DNA of 64,000 nt from an uncultured Alistipes sp. (GCA_900553175.1 USCH01000003.1:10553-74552), one strand, 5' to 3'. Shown: positions 41,832-56,361, counted from the first letter of the stretch. A program made the numbers and translations. Notes: generated from the sequence alone by a model not told the origin.

Positions 41832-43238
41832 ATGATGTTCGCTCTCTATCTGGCACTCTGCGTGCCGACGGCCCTTGCGGCGCTTCTCTGCCGAAGCCGC
41901 CGCACGATGCATCTGGCCGGGTCGTTTTTCTACCTCCTGCAACTCGCGTTCGCCGTCTGGCTGCTGGCCGGCGGCGGTTACGGCTCGGCGTCGGGGCCCT
42001 TTTTCGCCTTCGATGCCGCGGGCACGCTCTTCTATGTGCTGCTCGTCGTCGTCTCGTTCTGGGTCTTCCACCATTCGGAAACCTATCTCGCGGAGTGCGA
42101 CCTGCGGCAGACCCGAACCTACTTCGCGCTGCTGCCGCTGCTCACGACGGCCATCGCCGGCGCCTATTTCGCCTCGAATTTGGCCGTGACGTGGATTTTC
42201 CTCGAAGCCACCACGCTCTGCTCGGCGGGCATCATCTACCATCGCCGCACGGCCCAGACGCTCGAGGCGGCGTGGAAATACGTCTTCGTCTGCTCGACGG
42301 GCATCGCCATGGCCTACCTGGGCATTCTGCTGCTGACGGCCGCCACGCGCAGCGAGTCGCTCTCCTACGAAGCGGTGGCTGCGGTGGCCGCTTCGGGCAA
42401 CCCGCTCTACCTCAAGACGGCGTTTCTGCTCATCCTCTGCGGCTACAGCTGCAAGATGGAGCTCTTCCCGCTCTACACCGTGGGCGTCGATGCCAACTTC
42501 GCCGCTCCGTCGCCCGCCTCGGCGCTCATCTCCACGGGGCTGGTCAATGCGGGCTTCCTGGCTATTTTCCGGGTCTACCGCCTGCTGGCCGCCACCGAGG
42601 TCTTCCCCTGGGTGCGCTCCGTGCTGCTGCTGGTGGGCGTGCTGTCGCTGGCCGTGGGTGCGCTCTTCCTGCGCCGCACCAACAACTACAAACGCTTCCT
42701 CTCCTATTCGACGGTCGAGAACATGGGCATCGCGGCCATCGGTCTGGGGGTGGGAGGTGCCGGAGTATGGGCCGCGGTGTTCCACGTCGTCTGCCACACG
42801 TTCGTCAAGAGCAGCCTGTTTCTCCAGCTGGCCGTCGTGCGCCAGGTCTACAACGGCTACCGCATCAACCGTCTGGGCGACTACATCCGCATCAACCGGG
42901 TGGGGGCCGTGGGGCTGCTTGCGGGCATGATCGTCGTGCTGGCCTTTCCTCCCTCGCCGCTTTTCGTCTCGGAGCTGATGATTCTGGGCGAAGCGATCGT
43001 CGGCGGGAAATGGTGGCTCGTGGCCTGCATGCTGCTGTTGCTCTGCATCGTCATCTACTCGTTCTGCGTGCGCATGCTCCGTCTTTGCTACCAGCCCAAT
43101 CAGGATGAACTCCATCCCTCGAAGGCCGACCGGGCCCTGTCGTGGTCGGCTCTCGCGCTGCTGCTTCTGGCCATGCTGCTGGGTCTCTGGCAGCCCGAGG
43201 CGCTGCGCTCCCTCATCGATCAAATCGCCGTGTTATGA
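41832..43238 (+). CDS. HyfF-like antiporter subunit (Ehr)
   Basis: WIFLEATTL, EAAWKYVFVCSTGIA, APSPASAL, KRFLSYSTVENMG and PPSPLFVSE motifs. Confidence 0.88.
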   Translation: MMFALYLALCVPTALAALLCRSRRTMHLAGSFFYLLQLAFAVWLLAGGGYGSASGPFFAFDAAGTLFYVLLVVVSFWVFHHSETYLAECDLRQTRTYFALLPLLTTAIAGAYFASNLAVTWIFLEATTLCSAGIIYHRRTAQTLEAAWKYVFVCSTGIAMAYLGILLLTAATRSESLSYEAVAAVAASGNPLYLKTAFLLILCGYSCKMELFPLYTVGVDANFAAPSPASALISTGLVNAGFLAIFRVYRLLAATEVFPWVRSVLLLVGVLSLAVGALFLRRTNNYKRFLSYSTVENMGIAAIGLGVGGAGVWAAVFHVVCHTFVKSSLFLQLAVVRQVYNGYRINRLGDYIRINRVGAVGLLAGMIVVLAFPPSPLFVSELMILGEAIVGGKWWLVACMLLLLCIVIYSFCVRMLRLCYQPNQDELHPSKADRALSWSALALLLLAMLLGLWQPEALRSLIDQIAVL

Positions 43239-44764
43239 ACTGGTACGTCACCGACAACACCTCCGCGGCCGTAAGCCTGCGGGAGATACCCGAAGCGGAC
43301 TATGCCGCATTCTACGACGACATGGCCGCCCGGCTGGCGGATGTGCGCTATCATGTCGCCCACTACTTCGCCCTGCCGTGGAACGATCGGCTGCGCTTCT
43401 TCTGCCTTTTGCTGGACGACGCCGAAGGGCAGGTGCTGCTCGCTTCGCATTCGCTGGCCTACTACGACGAAACGGCGCTTCCGTCGCTCACGGCGCTCCA
43501 TGCGCAGATGCATCCCTTCGAGCGCGACATCGCCGAACGCTACGGCGTGCGGTTCGACGGCATGCCCTGGCCCAAGCCCCTGCGCTTCCCCTTCGACCGT
43601 TACGACCGCGGCAGTTCGATGGACAACTACCCGTTCTACGCCATGGAGGGCCGTTCTCTCCACGAGGTGAACGTCGGACCGATCCATGCGGGCATCATCG
43701 AACCCGGGGCGTTCCGCTTCATCTGCAACGGCGAGCGGGTGCTGCACCTCGAAATCGCGCTGGGCTACCAGCACCGGGGCGTCGAACGGCTGTTCGCCGC
43801 AACCGACAACCGGCTGCGGCAGGCATGCCTGGCGGAGTCCGTGGCCGGAGACAGCGCCGTGGCCCACGCCACGGCCTTCGCCGAGGCCGTCGAGAAGCTC
43901 TCTGACCGGGCGCGGCCCGCACAGCTGGAGCGCGAGCGCACCGTGGCGCTCGAACTCGAACGCATGGCCATGCAGATCGCCGACACGGGCGCCCTGTCGA
44001 TGGACGTGGGGTACCAGTTGGGGCAGGTGGCCTGCGAGGCGCTGCGTACGATGACCATCAACACCACCCAGGCGTGGTGCGGCAACCGCTTCGGCAAGGG
44101 ACTCGTCCGTCCCTGCGGAACCGACCATCCGCTCACGGCCGAAAAGGCCGATATGATCCGCGGCAACGTGCGCGAGATCGCCCGCCGCTACGACGAGGTG
44201 CGTCACGACATCAAGTCGTCGCCTTCGCTGCTGGCGCGCTTCGAACAGTGCGGCATCGTTCCGCGCGAGGAGATGCAGCGCATCGGCGGCGTGGGCCAGG
44301 CGGCCCGGGCGAGCGGTCTGGCGCGCGACATCCGGGCCACGCACCCGTGGGCGTCGTTCGCCAAGTGCCTGCATCACGAAAGCATCGTCAAGAGTCAGGG
44401 CGACGTCATGGCCCGTCTGATGGTCCGCTGCCGCGAGGTGCTTCAGTCGGCCGCCTACGTCGACCGGCTGCTGGAGCTCTATGCGCAGAAACACGCCGAC
44501 GGCCCTTCGCCCTGTCCGGCTCCCGACTATTCGGCGCCGCTGGCTGCCTCGTCGCTCTCGTTCGGACTGGTCGAGGGATGGCGCGGCGAGACGTGCCATG
44601 TGCTGCTCACCGATGCCGGAGGGCGCATCGCCGCCGTCCGCATCAAGGACCCCAGCCTCCACAACTGGCTGGCGCTGGCGCTGGCCGTGCGCGGCGAGGG
44701 CATCTCCGATTTCCCGATCTGCAACAAGAGTTTCAACCTCTCCTATTGCGGACACGACCTCTGA
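43235..44764 (+). CDS. HyfG/NuoCD-like large subunit lacking NiFe-binding CxxC motifs (EhrL)
   Basis: FERDIAE, VGPIHAGIIEPGAFRF, LGYQHRGVE, EGWRGE and KDPS motifs. L1 position reads ESVAGDSAVAH; C-terminus reads NKSFNLSYCGHDL. Confidence 0.9.
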   Translation: MNWYVTDNTSAAVSLREIPEADYAAFYDDMAARLADVRYHVAHYFALPWNDRLRFFCLLLDDAEGQVLLASHSLAYYDETALPSLTALHAQMHPFERDIAERYGVRFDGMPWPKPLRFPFDRYDRGSSMDNYPFYAMEGRSLHEVNVGPIHAGIIEPGAFRFICNGERVLHLEIALGYQHRGVERLFAATDNRLRQACLAESVAGDSAVAHATAFAEAVEKLSDRARPAQLERERTVALELERMAMQIADTGALSMDVGYQLGQVACEALRTMTINTTQAWCGNRFGKGLVRPCGTDHPLTAEKADMIRGNVREIARRYDEVRHDIKSSPSLLARFEQCGIVPREEMQRIGGVGQAARASGLARDIRATHPWASFAKCLHHESIVKSQGDVMARLMVRCREVLQSAAYVDRLLELYAQKHADGPSPCPAPDYSAPLAASSLSFGLVEGWRGETCHVLLTDAGGRIAAVRIKDPSLHNWLALALAVRGEGISDFPICNKSFNLSYCGHDL

Positions 44765-44836
44765 CGGAATGAAGAATTGAAAATCGGAAGGCCTCCGCCC
44801 CGCAAAACCGCCTTTTCACCTTTCACCTCACATAAA

Positions 44837-45601
44837 ATGTTTTTCGAGAAAATACGCGTTCTTCTCAGCCACGGCAGGCAGTACATTCCCGATCTGGACG
44901 CCGTGGAGCTGACCTCCGAGTTCCGGGGGCGGCCCGTGCTGACCGACACGGCCGACCGGGCCGATCTGGAGCGGGCGGCTGCGATCTGTCCGACGGGCGC
45001 CATCACCGCGGAGCCCTTTTCGCTCGACCTGGGCCGCTGCCTCTTCTGCGGCGAGTGCGCGCGGCGGGCTCCGCACAACATCCGCTTCACCAACGACTAC
45101 CGTTTGGGGTCTCCCACGCGCGGAGGGCTCGTCATGCGCCCCGGGCAGGAGCGGGTGGAGTTCGATCCGTCGGCCGTGCGGCCCGAGGTCCGCAGGTGTT
45201 TCGGCCGGGCGCTCCAGCTGCGCGAGGTCTCGGCCGGCGGCGATGCGTCGGTCGAGATGGAGCTGGGCGCCACGGGCAACGTCAACTTCGACTTCGGCCG
45301 CTTCGGCGTGGGCTTCACCGCCTCGCCCCGCCATGCCGACGGAGTGGTCGTTTCGGGTCCCGTTACGGCCAACATGGCCGAAGCGCTCGATATTTGTTAC
45401 GATGCCGTGGCGGAGCCGAAGATCGTGGTGGCGTGCGGCACGGACGCCTGCTCGGGCGGCCTGTTCGCCGCGAGCCGGGCCCTCGACCGGAGCTTTTTCG
45501 ACCGGCACGGCGTCGATCTCTGGCTGCCGGGCGCCCCGACCCATCCGATGGTCTTCATCGACGGGATCCGCACGCTGCTGGGCCAGAAACAGAGAGGTTA
45601 A
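44837..45601 (+). CDS. Ferredoxin-domain + HyfI/NuoB-like small subunit fusion (EhrS), proximal-cluster Cys residues substituted
   Basis: ICPTGAI...CLFCGEC; ASPRHADGVVVSGPVTANM; PKIVVACGTDA; LPGAPTHP. Confidence 0.85.
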   Translation: MFFEKIRVLLSHGRQYIPDLDAVELTSEFRGRPVLTDTADRADLERAAAICPTGAITAEPFSLDLGRCLFCGECARRAPHNIRFTNDYRLGSPTRGGLVMRPGQERVEFDPSAVRPEVRRCFGRALQLREVSAGGDASVEMELGATGNVNFDFGRFGVGFTASPRHADGVVVSGPVTANMAEALDICYDAVAEPKIVVACGTDACSGGLFAASRALDRSFFDRHGVDLWLPGAPTHPMVFIDGIRTLLGQKQRG

Positions 45602-45771
45602 GAGTATAGCGACGAAAGGGCTGTGCCGCGGAGAAAGCGGGCCGCAGCCTGCGGCGGGGAAACGACGGCGGTGCGAGCCTCCGCCGGGCGGGGCTCGCGG
45701 CTCGCAACGCCCCCTCCCGGAGCCGGAAACCCCGACGAATGAATGGATTTTTAATTTACGAGAACTCTCCT

Positions 45772-46329
45772 ATGGAACGCCTTACCACGCTGTTCGTTTC
45801 GTTCTTCAAGATCGGACTTTTCACCTTCGGAGGCGGCTATGCGATGATTCCGCTCATCGAGCGCGAGGTGATCGACAACCGGAAGTGGGTGGAGCGGCGC
45901 GATTTCCTGGACCTGCTGACGCTGGCGCAGTCGGTCCCCGGGCCCATGTCGCTCAATACGGCCGTCTTCGTCGGCTACCGCCTGCGCGGGCTCCGCGGGG
46001 CTCTGGCGACGCTGCTGGGGTCGATCCTGCCGTCGTTCGCCATCATGCTCCTCATCGCGCTCTTTTTTGCCGGCGTCCGCCGGAATCCCGTGGTCGATGC
46101 CGCTTTCCGGGGCATGCGTCCGGCCGTCGTGGCGTTGATCGTCGGCCCGGTGATCTCGCTCTCGCGCGGCATGCGGCGCGAACTCTATGCGGTGGTCGCC
46201 GCTGCCGCTCTGGCTATCTGGGGGCTGGGATGGTCGCCGATCTGGGTGCTCGTGGCCGGAGCTGCGGGCGGAATCCTCTGGGAGGCGGCCGCAGCGGTGC
46301 GGGCGAAGCGCCGCCGGGAGGGGAAATAA
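45772..46329 (+). CDS. Short-chain chromate transporter (ChrA family), subunit 1
   Basis: FFKIGLFTFGGGYAMIP and AQSVPGP motifs. Confidence 0.9.
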   Translation: MERLTTLFVSFFKIGLFTFGGGYAMIPLIEREVIDNRKWVERRDFLDLLTLAQSVPGPMSLNTAVFVGYRLRGLRGALATLLGSILPSFAIMLLIALFFAGVRRNPVVDAAFRGMRPAVVALIVGPVISLSRGMRRELYAVVAAAALAIWGLGWSPIWVLVAGAAGGILWEAAAAVRAKRRREGK

Positions 46330-46342
46330 CTCGAAATCGCGG

Positions 46343-46921
46343 ATGGATATGCTTCTCTGGCAACTCTTCGTATCCTATCTCAAGATCGGATTCTTCGGTT
46401 TCGGCGGCGGCTACGCCATGCTCTCGCTCATTCAGAACGAGGTGGTCGTGCAGCACGCCTGGATGACCAATGCCGAATTCGCCGACATCGTGGCGCTCTC
46501 GCAGATCACGCCCGGGCCGATCGCCATCAACTCGGCGACCTATGTGGGCTACACTGTCGGCATGCAGATGGGGCATACGGTCTACGGCATCCTCGGATCG
46601 GTCATCGCCACGCTGTCGGTGTGCCTGCCGGCGCTCACGCTCATGGTGCTGGTGGCCCGGTTTTTCCTGCGGCTGCGGAACAACCGCTGGGTCGAGGGTG
46701 CCATGCGCGGCATGCGCCCCGTGGTGATCGGCATGATCGCGGCGGCGGCCCTGCTGCTGATCTTCCCCCGCAGCGATGCGCCCGGCGACCGCAATTTCAT
46801 CGACGGCTGGAGCTGGGCGCTCTTCGCCGCCGTCTTCGCGGGGTCGTGGCGCAAGATCAACCCCATTCTCCTGATCTGCCTCTCGGCTGCGGCGGGCGTG
46901 TTGATCTACTACGTTTTCTGA
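46343..46921 (+). CDS. Short-chain chromate transporter (ChrA family), subunit 2
   Basis: KIGFFGFGGGYAML and SQITPGPIAINSATYVG motifs. Confidence 0.9.
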   Translation: MDMLLWQLFVSYLKIGFFGFGGGYAMLSLIQNEVVVQHAWMTNAEFADIVALSQITPGPIAINSATYVGYTVGMQMGHTVYGILGSVIATLSVCLPALTLMVLVARFFLRLRNNRWVEGAMRGMRPVVIGMIAAAALLLIFPRSDAPGDRNFIDGWSWALFAAVFAGSWRKINPILLICLSAAAGVLIYYVF

Positions 46922-46987
46922 ACGGCCGGCCCGTCGGCGGGCGCCGGTAGCTCTTTGACCGGCTCTCTGCGGCGCCGGTGCCGGAGT

Positions 46988-47869
46988 TCACCTCCTGAAG
47001 CGGTAATAGGTTCCCAGCGGCAGCACCTTGCCGCCGCGGTCGGTGAAGCAGAGTTCGCCCCACTGCTCTTCGCTGGGCGCTCCGAACGCCTGCCGCACGG
47101 CCGTGCGGGCCAGAGTGGACGAAAGCCCCATCGAATAGAGGTTCAGCACCAGAAAGGCGCCGGAGGGGGCGAGCAGCTGCGCGCAGCATTCGAGCATCTC
47201 GCCGATGTGCTCCTCCAGAATCCATTTTTCGCCGTTGGCGCCCCGTCCGTAGGCCGGAGGGTCGAGGATGATGCCGCGGTACCGGGTGCCGCGCCGCACC
47301 TCGCGCCGGACGAACCGGAGAGCGTCTTCGACGATCCACCTCACCCCCTCCAGTCCGCTCCGCTCCATGTTCTCGCGGGCCCAGGTGACCACCTGCCGGA
47401 CCGAATCGACGTGCGTCACCTCGGCGCCCGCAGCCCGGGCCGCCAGCGTGGCGCCGCCCGTATAGGCGAAGAGATTCAGTACGTTAGGCTGCTCTCCGGC
47501 GGCTTTCATGCGGCGGCAGCTCTCCGCGATGAAGTCCCAGTTGGCGGCCTGCTCGGGAAAGAGCCCCACGTGTTTGAACGACGTGAGGGCCAGCCGCATG
47601 CGCAGCGTCGTCCCGCCCAGCGGATAGTCCACCGTCCAACGGTCGGGCATGCCCTTCCTGAGCCGCCATTGGCCCCGCTCGTCGCTGCGCGCGTCGCGCA
47701 GAAAGGCGGCGTCGGCCCGCTGCCACGCCTCGTCGGGGAGCGACGGCCGCCAGATGGCCTGCGGTTCGGGGCGCCGCGTGACGTAGCGGCCGAAGCGTTC
47801 GAGTTTCTCGAAATTGCCGGTGTCGATGAGTTCGTAGTCCCCGAAAAGGGGCGTGAGTTGTTCCTGCAT
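46988..47869 (-). CDS. Class I SAM-dependent methyltransferase (RlmI/RlmK-like)
   Basis: HVGLFPEQ, VLNLFAYTGG, THVDS and ILDPPAYG motifs. Confidence 0.85.
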   Translation of the reverse strand: MQEQLTPLFGDYELIDTGNFEKLERFGRYVTRRPEPQAIWRPSLPDEAWQRADAAFLRDARSDERGQWRLRKGMPDRWTVDYPLGGTTLRMRLALTSFKHVGLFPEQAANWDFIAESCRRMKAAGEQPNVLNLFAYTGGATLAARAAGAEVTHVDSVRQVVTWARENMERSGLEGVRWIVEDALRFVRREVRRGTRYRGIILDPPAYGRGANGEKWILEEHIGEMLECCAQLLAPSGAFLVLNLYSMGLSSTLARTAVRQAFGAPSEEQWGELCFTDRGGKVLPLGTYYRFRR

Positions 47870-47930
47870 GAAGGTTCGCATTCTGTGCAGCGGCGGGGGC
47901 CCCGGTCGGAAGCCTCCCGTCCTGCGTCTC

Positions 47931-52856
<4,926 letters not shown>

Positions 52857-52939
52857 TCAGCAAAAATAAGCTATTTTTATGAATTGTTTTGTAATTTTGC
52901 GTTCCGTAACCGGGACAATACGAAAAATACCGAATAGTC

Positions 52940-54211
52940 ATGCTGACAATCAAGCAAATTCGTGATGACAAGGCGGCTGCCGTGCGCAAGCTCGCCAAAA
53001 AGGGTGTCGATGCCGCTGCGACGATCGACCGGATTCTGGAGCTGGACGACCGCCGCAAGGCCGTTCAGGCCGAACTCGACGAGACGCTGGCCGCCCAGAA
53101 CAAGGCTGCCAAGGAGATCGGCGCGCTCATGGGGCAGGGGCTCCGCGACCGGGCCGAGGAGCGCAAACATTTCGTGAGCGATCTGAAGGAGAAGTCCGCC
53201 CGGCTGCAGAACGAGGCCAAAGAGGTGCAGGACGCGTTGCAGACCGCATTGGTGACGCTGCCCAACTTCCCGGCCGAGATCGTGCCGGAGGGCCGGACGG
53301 CCGAGGACAATCTGGTGGTGAAGCTGGTCGAGAACTACACGCAGCTGCCCGAAAACCCGCTGCCCCACTGGGAGCTGGCCCGCAAGTACGACATCATCGA
53401 CTTCGACCTGGGCGTGAAGCTGACGGGTGCGGGATTCCCGGTCTACAAGGGCAGGGGCGCCCGGCTGCAACGTGCGCTGATCAACTATTTTCTGGACTGC
53501 AACACGCGTGCGGGCTACCTGGAGGTGGAGCCTCCCGTGATGGTCAACGAGGCGTCGGGCTTCGGCACGGGCCAGCTGCCCGACAAGGAGGGGCAGATGT
53601 ACCACGCCACGGTGGACAACTTCTATCTGGTGCCCACGGCCGAGGTCCCCGTGACGAACATCTTCCGCGACGTGATTCTCGACAAGGGCGACTTCCCGGT
53701 GAAGATGACCGCCTACACCCCCTGCTTCCGCCGCGAAGCGGGATCGTACGGCAAGGATGTCCGCGGTCTGAACCGCCTGCACCAGTTCGACAAGGTGGAG
53801 ATCGTGCAGCTCTCGCTGCCCGAGGTCTCCTACGAGGCGCTCGACGGCATGGTGGCCCATGTCGAGGGGATCGTGCAGTCGCTGGGACTTCCGTACCGCA
53901 TCCTGCGGCTCTGCGGCGGCGACATGTCGTTCACCTCGGCGCTGACCTACGATTTCGAGGTCTACTCCGAGGCGCAGAAGCGCTGGCTGGAAGTCTCGTC
54001 GGTGTCGAATTTCGAGTCGTTCCAGGCCAACCGCCTGAAGCTCCGCTACCGCGACGACGACAAGAAGACGCAGCTGGCCCACACGCTCAACGGCTCGTCG
54101 CTGGCCCTGCCGCGCATCGTGGCCGCGCTGCTGGAGAACAACCAGACGGCGGAGGGAATCCGCATTCCCGACGTGTTGATCCCCTATACGGGTTTTGATA
54201 TTATCAAATAA
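52940..54211 (+). CDS. serS: Serine--tRNA ligase
   Basis: GTGQLP, PTAEVP, CFRREAGSYG, RLHQFDKVE, EVSSVSN and HTLNGS motifs. Confidence 0.97.
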   Translation: MLTIKQIRDDKAAAVRKLAKKGVDAAATIDRILELDDRRKAVQAELDETLAAQNKAAKEIGALMGQGLRDRAEERKHFVSDLKEKSARLQNEAKEVQDALQTALVTLPNFPAEIVPEGRTAEDNLVVKLVENYTQLPENPLPHWELARKYDIIDFDLGVKLTGAGFPVYKGRGARLQRALINYFLDCNTRAGYLEVEPPVMVNEASGFGTGQLPDKEGQMYHATVDNFYLVPTAEVPVTNIFRDVILDKGDFPVKMTAYTPCFRREAGSYGKDVRGLNRLHQFDKVEIVQLSLPEVSYEALDGMVAHVEGIVQSLGLPYRILRLCGGDMSFTSALTYDFEVYSEAQKRWLEVSSVSNFESFQANRLKLRYRDDDKKTQLAHTLNGSSLALPRIVAALLENNQTAEGIRIPDVLIPYTGFDIIK

Positions 54212-54264
54212 GTTTTTATATTTGCCGAACACAACACACCATTAACAACAAACTTTTTTCAATC

Positions 54265-54432
54265 ATGGCTTACAAAATTACCGACTCGTGCGTCGCATGC
54301 GGTACCTGCATCGGCGAGTGCCCCGTCGAGGCGATCTCGGCTGGCGATATTTACGTAATCGACCCCGACAAGTGCATCGACTGCGGCACCTGCGCCGGCG
54401 TCTGCCCGAGCGAGGCGATCGTTTCGGAATGA
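54265..54432 (+). CDS. 2[4Fe-4S] clostridial-type ferredoxin (55 aa; absent from the ORF track)
   Basis: MAYKITDSCVACGTCIGECPVEAISAGDIYVIDPDKCIDCGTCAGVCPSEAIVSE; own promoter TTTG(54194)-19 nt-TATATTTG(54217-54224). Confidence 0.95.
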   Translation: MAYKITDSCVACGTCIGECPVEAISAGDIYVIDPDKCIDCGTCAGVCPSEAIVSE

Positions 54433-54453
54433 TCCTGTCGGAAAAATCCGTCG

Positions 54454-54489
54454 AAAGGCTGTCCGGACGCGTGCCGGACAGCTTTTTTT
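54454..54489 (+). terminator. Intrinsic terminator after the ferredoxin
   Basis: GCTGTCCGG-ACGCGTG-CCGGACAGC-TTTTTTT. Confidence 0.8.
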
Positions 54490-54550
54490 GCGCCTGCCGG
54501 AGCGTCTGCCGCGCGGCGGGGAGCGGATCGAAGAGTGGTGCGGATATTCG

Positions 54551-55009
54551 ATGACAGTCATGGAGACGCAGCGGGAAACGGATGAAAAATTCATGCGCCA
54601 GGCACTAATCGAGGCGCATCGGGCGTTCGACGACAAAGAGGTGCCCGTCGGCGCGGTCGTCGTCTCGGGCGGACGGATCGTGGGCCGGGGCCACAACCTC
54701 GTGGAGGCGCTCTCGGACCCTACGGCCCATGCCGAGATGCAGGCCCTGACGGCGGCGACCTCGACCCTGGGCGGCAAGTACCTGGCCGAGAGCACGCTTT
54801 ACGTGACGGTCGAACCCTGCATCATGTGCGCCGGGGCGATCGGCTGGGCGCAGCTCGGACGGGTCGTGTGGGGCGCCGACGATCCCAAGAGAGGGTATCG
54901 GCGCTATGCCGGATCGGTCTTCCACCCCAGGACCGAAGTGTGCGCCGGGGTGCTGCGCGAGGAGTGCGAGGCGCTGATGCGTGCGTTTTTCGCCTCGTTG
55001 CGCGATTAG
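54551..55009 (+). CDS. tadA: tRNA adenosine(34) deaminase TadA
   Basis: EVPVGAV, DPTAHAEM and TLYVTVEPCIMCAGA motifs. Confidence 0.9.
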   Translation: MTVMETQRETDEKFMRQALIEAHRAFDDKEVPVGAVVVSGGRIVGRGHNLVEALSDPTAHAEMQALTAATSTLGGKYLAESTLYVTVEPCIMCAGAIGWAQLGRVVWGADDPKRGYRRYAGSVFHPRTEVCAGVLREECEALMRAFFASLRD

Positions 55010-55115
55010 AGCGGCGGCGGGTTTGAAAAAAAGGAAATTATTTGCTACTTTTGTCTCCGAAGTTCCGCCGCACGGCGGACAGGTGGAGAAGAAAACTTCA
55101 AAAACGGATAGAAAA

Positions 55116-56054
55116 ATGAAAAAACTCTTTGTTTCGGTTGTTGCGCTGCTGGCGGCGTTCACGCTCTCGGCGCAGGACATCACGGCGATCTACAACGAAG
55201 CGGCAGCGGCTTACGGTGCCAAGGATTTCACGACTGCGGCCTCCAAGTTCGAGCAGGTGATCGATCTGGGCATCGACAACGAGGATGCCGCGTCGATGGT
55301 GGCCACGGCCAAATCGACGCTCCCCAAGTGCTACTTCATGCTGGGAGGCGGCGCCATGCGCACCAAGAACTACGAGGCTGCGCTCGAGAACTTCACCAAG
55401 TCGGCCGAGCTGGCCGAGCTCTACGGCGACATGACCCAGGTGGCCAAGTCGAACGGCTGGGTGGCCAAGATCTACCAGGTGCAGGGCGGCGACGCCTTCA
55501 ACGGCAAGGATTATGCGACGGCCGCCGAGATCTTCGCCAAGGGCTATGCCGCCGATCCCGACAATACGTCGATGGCGCTCAACCTGGCGATGAGCTATTG
55601 CGAGATGGGCGAATACGCAAAGGGCATGGAGATTTACGAGGCCATCGCCGCCAAGACCCACCCCAAATATGCGGAGGATGCCGCCAAGGCCAAAGAGATG
55701 ATGGCGCTCTACACCAACAACAAGGTGGCCGAGATGCAGGGTGCCGGCGATTACGACGGCATCATCGCCATGGCCGACGCCCAGCTGGAGAAGAATCCCG
55801 AGAGCGCGCTCTTCCAGAATGTCCGCTTGCAGGCCTATGCCAACAAGAAGGACTATGCGAAGGTGATCGAACTGGGCGAAGCCGCTGCGGCCGCACAGAC
55901 CGACGAGGCCGACAAGTCGCTGATGTACTATCTGCTGGGCGCCGCTTACAACGCCCGCGAGATGAAGCCCCAGGCCATCGCCGCCTTCAAGCTGGTGACC
56001 GCAGGCGCTGCCGCCGAGAATGCCGCCGCCGCGCTGGCCGAGCTCTCGAAATAA
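55116..56054 (+). CDS. Secreted tetratricopeptide-repeat protein
   Basis: Signal MKKLFVSVVALLAAFTLSA-Q; helical TPR-like repeats. Confidence 0.8.
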   Translation: MKKLFVSVVALLAAFTLSAQDITAIYNEAAAAYGAKDFTTAASKFEQVIDLGIDNEDAASMVATAKSTLPKCYFMLGGGAMRTKNYEAALENFTKSAELAELYGDMTQVAKSNGWVAKIYQVQGGDAFNGKDYATAAEIFAKGYAADPDNTSMALNLAMSYCEMGEYAKGMEIYEAIAAKTHPKYAEDAAKAKEMMALYTNNKVAEMQGAGDYDGIIAMADAQLEKNPESALFQNVRLQAYANKKDYAKVIELGEAAAAAQTDEADKSLMYYLLGAAYNAREMKPQAIAAFKLVTAGAAAENAAAALAELSK

Positions 56055-56077
56055 GCGTCCGTCACGGCTTCGGAACG

Positions 56078-56105
56078 AATCCCGGTCTTCGGACCGGGAT
56101 TTTTT
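56078..56105 (+). terminator. Intrinsic terminator after the TPR gene
   Basis: AATCCCGGTC-TTCG-GACCGGGATT-TTTT. Confidence 0.85.
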
Positions 56106-56361
56106 GTACCCGGTCCGGCATTTCCGCCGGGCAAGGCGGGAAAACCGGAGCTGCCGCAACCCGGCCGCTGCCGCGATGACCGGGGCGGAGCCGTCCCGGT
56201 CCGTCGAAGAGCGCACCTCCCGACGGGAGCGGCTGCGCGCGACGTGTTTCCGCCGTTTCGCCCGATCTGTTCCGTATTTCCCGATTCTTGCCTCCCGGAT
56301 TTTTTATTCTTGAATCTTCTTCCTATCTTTGCAAGGTTATGGACACCTATTTGAAATTTCT

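Noticed and set aside
43235..44764. Functional [NiFe]-hydrogenase large subunit
   Set aside because: Both CxxC Ni-binding motifs are absent.
54259..54795. ORF-track entries 54259-54795 (-) and 54288-54554 (+)
   Set aside because: These are shadows of the real ferredoxin (54265-54432) and tadA.
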